Source: Vicugna vicugna
Lineage: Eukaryota
Reading direction: 5' to 3'
NCBI GenBank assembly: GCA_013265495.1
Contig: MU061578.1
Location: 2,241,308-2,305,307, forward strand
Length of the DNA: 64,000 nucleotides
In this document: positions 60,131-64,000 of the stretch, piece by piece
Position numbering within the stretch: the first letter of the stretch is position 1
Layout: every line of letters begins with the position of its first letter
Made by a program: the position numbers and the translations under genes
Notes under the pieces: model-generated
The model's input: only the letters and a program-made list of their open reading frames with translations
Databases searched by the model: none
What the model was told of the DNA's origin: nothing

Positions 60131-63100
60131 CCATTGAGTTTTTTTTTTAACTGTAAGATCTGCTTTCAGACACTGTTGCAGACCCTGGTCTGGTTCTATG
60201 TGCATGGAATATATTTTCTGAAACATAACTTTGAATTACAAATGTGCCACACTTCCTTTCTAAGAAATCTTTTTTGGGTGTCTTCTTACCACGCATTGTG
60301 CCCTGTCCCTCACGTGGGTCTTCTCAATCCTCAGAGGATCCCAGGAAGGTACTAGTGTCATTCCCATGTAACAGAGGAGGCTACTGATGTTCATAGAAGT
60401 TAAGGTTTCCAGCCAAGGATACAATGCTAGTAAACCACAGAGCTGTGCTGAATGGCAGTTGTGTCTTCCCTGGAGTGCTCAAAACACTGTGCTTTTCAAC
60501 ACTGCATTTGTAGCCAGTGTGTTGGGGGAAGGCATGATATCTGCCCTTCTCAGCTACTCTCCAGGGTCCTTGCAGACGGCAGGCAGAGGCGCTAGCCATC
60601 CAGGGAGGACCCCACATCTTCTGTGGTTACTAAACCACAGGCAGGTTCAACTGTCTTTATGAGCAAGGCACTAACGTTCACCCTTCACGGCGTGAGATGC
60701 CCCAGCTTTATGAGAAAGCACCCCCCCCACCGCCCCAAGGCCCTGACACAACAACTGACTTGGAAAGTCAAACACATCAGAAGCAGCAATTACAGAAGCT
60801 ATTCTTCTCCTGAAACAGCTGTAGCAGAGCTCAGATGTTCCAGTCCTACAGAGCAGAGCAGCCTGGTCCCCGCCTTCCTCTGTTTTGGCTAGAACAGGGC
60901 TTGGTTGAATTTGAGATAGTTACACGTGTGGTCCCACTGTGAGGGGCTTGAAGGGAAATACCCAGTGATGAGGTTCATGTTGCTTGGGAAGTAGAGGGTC
61001 TTAGAAAATCCAAATTCCTATTCAGTGTGCTGGATGTTTTTCACATTTCACATGTTGGGACAGCCCCTTATGGGCAGGTTGGTAGACGGCAGGCAGGGAG
61101 GTTGCCTAAAGCATTCAGACAAATAATTGATTTTGCACAGGATGCTAAGCTTTTGCTCCCTGCTGAAAATGGCCTATGTGTGAAGCAGCATGAGGTGAAG
61201 GAAAGATGCCAGCAACCATTGGGGTATGATGGGGTGAGGGTGCAGGACCACACTCTAAATCCCACATTCTCCTAAACCAAGAACACCCACATCTGCTTGC
61301 CCCTGTTCCCATGACTCCTCCCCACTCTCACAGAACATTAAGCCCTTCCTGCAAATTCAAAAGGGAGCCCTCTGGAGACAAATCAACCATCAAGGAAAAA
61401 AATAGCAAAACTCATTTCATTTGGCAACCAGTGCTTTAGGAAAGACATAAATATTGGATTTGCAACTTTATTTTCCTCCAGAGAGACACTCTGGAGAAAA
61501 TTAAAACAATGCAAGATTTAATTATTAAAAGCCAAACATTCCTGTACATATTTCCTGGCCCAAAGTTTTAAAAACAAACTCCCAGAGAAAATACATTTTT
61601 AATGACCAACTCCCTCCCACTCAGGGTATGTTTTAAATCATCTATCCGTCATGAATCACCGGGCACAAACGAAGGGAGAACACCAGGGAAATCAGAGGGC
61701 AGGTCTTCTGTTAAAGGAGAAGCAGGACACTGCTCGAAGATCTAGGGTAATGGGCACCATGGTTTGGGCTGTATCTCCACCCCCATCTCCTCAGATATGC
61801 TGCATGTTTAAACTGACCACACTTCTTACTTGTATGCACTTTTCTTCTTTTGCGTAAATTTCCAAGAAGGATATGAACATGAAAAAATGCAAGGTGATCA
61901 GTTCTTCATCCAACAAACATTTGTTGGATATCTGCTATGTTCCCACTAAACTGTTCCAGGCACTTTGGGCTTGTTGGGGTGTAAACCAAAAGGTCCTCAC
62001 TCACTGTATTCCAGGGGAATGATAGAGGGTTTCTGTCTATCCCCCCAAAGTCCCTACATGTTTTGGCTTTTCCTTCCCCTTGCTGGGATGGAAGAGACCA
62101 TACCAAGTCAAACCTCCTCTCCTCCCCTCCTCTTTGCTCCATCACTTCATGACCCAACATTGACTGCCTTCTCTTCATTTGTCTTTGAATGCTTTTCCTT
62201 TGCTGTCCAAAAACAAAAGTATGTATTAAGGTCAAATGTTTGCTCATCACAGAGGTTCTGCAAGAGCTGAGATATCAAGGAAAACATGGATTGACTGGTT
62301 TTGGGTGACTAGGAAAAGGAAACAGGGCATCATGGAAGATGCCCTGCCGGGACAAAGATTGATGGTTGTGGGAGCCAAGTGAGGTATTGTATCCTGTCTC
62401 TACTGATAAGGTTTGGCCTACTCCTCAATGACATACCATGGGAGTGACTATGTATTTGAGGTGCCAGTGGTTAAAACTGGGCAAAAAAATGGGCTGGGGG
62501 AAGAGGGGGTCCCTGTATGTCCCCTTGGAGACAGGAGCAGGCAGGTCCCTGTATGTCCCCTTGCCTCATTCCCATGACCTTTTGGTTGACAGAGGGCATA
62601 TATCCCTCAAGGAATAGGAGTCTAAATAGGTCTCATCCCTGATTCACGTCACCCCAGGATGGCAAAAGTTCCCAACAACTTTCAGTTGCTTAGAGGGTCC
62701 TGCATAGACCCAACTCTCCCTGCCATTATATGTGCTTCCACGGGCATCCTGGATAATCAAGCGAAGATGAGGAAGAAGGGGAGGGGGCTGGTGCTGGCAG
62801 AACCCCTCAAAAATGTACCTGGAGCCAGTGGAAGCCTTTCCACCTTAGAATGTCTGAAAAACCAGTCATCGATACTTCCACGCAACTTGAGACACGGTAC
62901 GTTAAAGGCAACTTAAAATAACTTGAAGGAAGAAGGGTAAATAAACCAGAGATGATTTATCTCTGAGGAATAACGGTGTGACTGCTGAATAATTACATGC
63001 ACCAATCTTTATTAGTATGCAAAGTAGCTGGGCTTGGTTGGCTCCCAGCACTGCTCAAAGGACAAAAAGGCAAGGGAGCTGGGCACATGCTCATAAATCA

Positions 63101-63597
63101 CATCCCGCCCCTCCCTGTGTGTCATGGCGACCCCCAGACCCCGGGGGCCTCTCTGTGTATGACTCTTCTCTGGGAGATAAGCAGCGGGTGTTTCATTTCT
63201 ACCTTCTAGTGATGGATTAGCCTCCAGAGTTCTTCCAGACAAACACAGAAACGGTTTGGGCTTCTCATTGCACAAGTTTGATCCATATTATTACTGTTTT
63301 ATCCAGCAGCTTCTGAAGCTCAATGGGGTCCATGCCCTCATCTGGCTGGAGAACTAAACACACTTAGCCTCCTCTCACCTTGTGTCCCATCCTATGACCT
63401 CAGGAGACGGACTCCAGCTTTTCTCTACTGGCCCAAAATGCTGCTTAGGGAGAAAGGACCTGCAAGGCTGGCTTCCCCGCTCCTGAGAAGTCTGTCCTGA
63501 CAAACCCAAGAGCACAACCTGGCCGCTTTTACTCTCTGAAGATAGAATAGATTTGAGCTTCTATGTAAGGATTTGAGAGAGCTTAATCTGGACAAAA

Positions 63598-63722
63598 TAA
63601 TGATAACAGTGGTAGCTCAAATCATGATAGTTCAGATTTTTATAGAATTTCAAGTATGCCAGGCACCTTTCTAAGCCACACACACATACACACACATACA
63701 TTCCTGCACACAGTTTATGCAT

Positions 63723-63762
<40 letters not shown>

Positions 63763-63910
63763 ATTTGATACAACCACCTTAGAAGGACTTTTATTATTCC
63801 CATTTATGGATGAGAAAACTGAGGCTCAGAGAGTTAAGTAAGTTACTCAGTAGCTAAGTTGGAATCCAAATTCAAATATCCTGGCTTCAGAGTCTTTGTT
63901 TCTAATGACT
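63598..63910 (-). mobile_element. MIR SINE interrupted by (CA)n
   Basis: gtatgccaggcac...ttattattcccatttatggatgagaaaactgaggctcagagagttaagtaa...ctggcttcagagtc. Confidence 0.85.
63677..63760. repeat. Compound (CA)n microsatellite
   Basis: Directly visible; pure run 63725-63760. Confidence 0.95.
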
Positions 63911-64000
63911 GCAATAAAATGTCTGTATCATTACTTCATTTAAAGTCTTCAGATAGCTTTCCATGACTCACAGGATAAAGACCAAAATCCTTACGAGGAT

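Noticed and set aside
1..64000. Identity of the locus or host gene; a novel multi-gene system
   Set aside because: No exon or RNA gene was recognisable, so naming a gene or system would be a guess. A BLAT/liftOver of the unique islands (for example 36480-36900) is needed.

Overview
Mammalian (eutherian) non-coding genomic DNA, intergenic or deep intronic, with one 731-N scaffold gap (12242-12972). I found no host protein-coding exon, RNA gene or CRISPR array that I can support. The only ORFs with recognisable protein similarity are decayed LINE-1 ORF2 pieces (RT domain near 50.2-50.6 kb; C-terminal CCHC region near 55.3-55.8 kb). Much of the window is interspersed repeats: many MIR and L2 fossils, older L1M 3' ends, MaLR/ERVL solo LTRs (MLT1, MLT2, one MER70/54/74-group-like), hAT MITEs (MER58A, MER20, MER3, MER33, MER5, MER63, MER81) and TcMar-Tigger derivatives (MER2-like, Tigger1 deletion derivative). 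Four younger L1 3' ends are of cetartiodactyl type. Their tail wording, plus no visible Alu, B1/B2, BovB/Bov-A, PRE1 or Can-SINE, suggests a camelid genome (inference). Between repeats are unique, motif-rich islands that may be enhancers, one strong CTCF motif and one near-consensus RFX X-box. Repeat names come from my recollection of consensus sequences, not a database search. Boundaries are approximate unless a TSD or TIR is quoted. I did not find a convincing previously undescribed biological system; the findings are modest.
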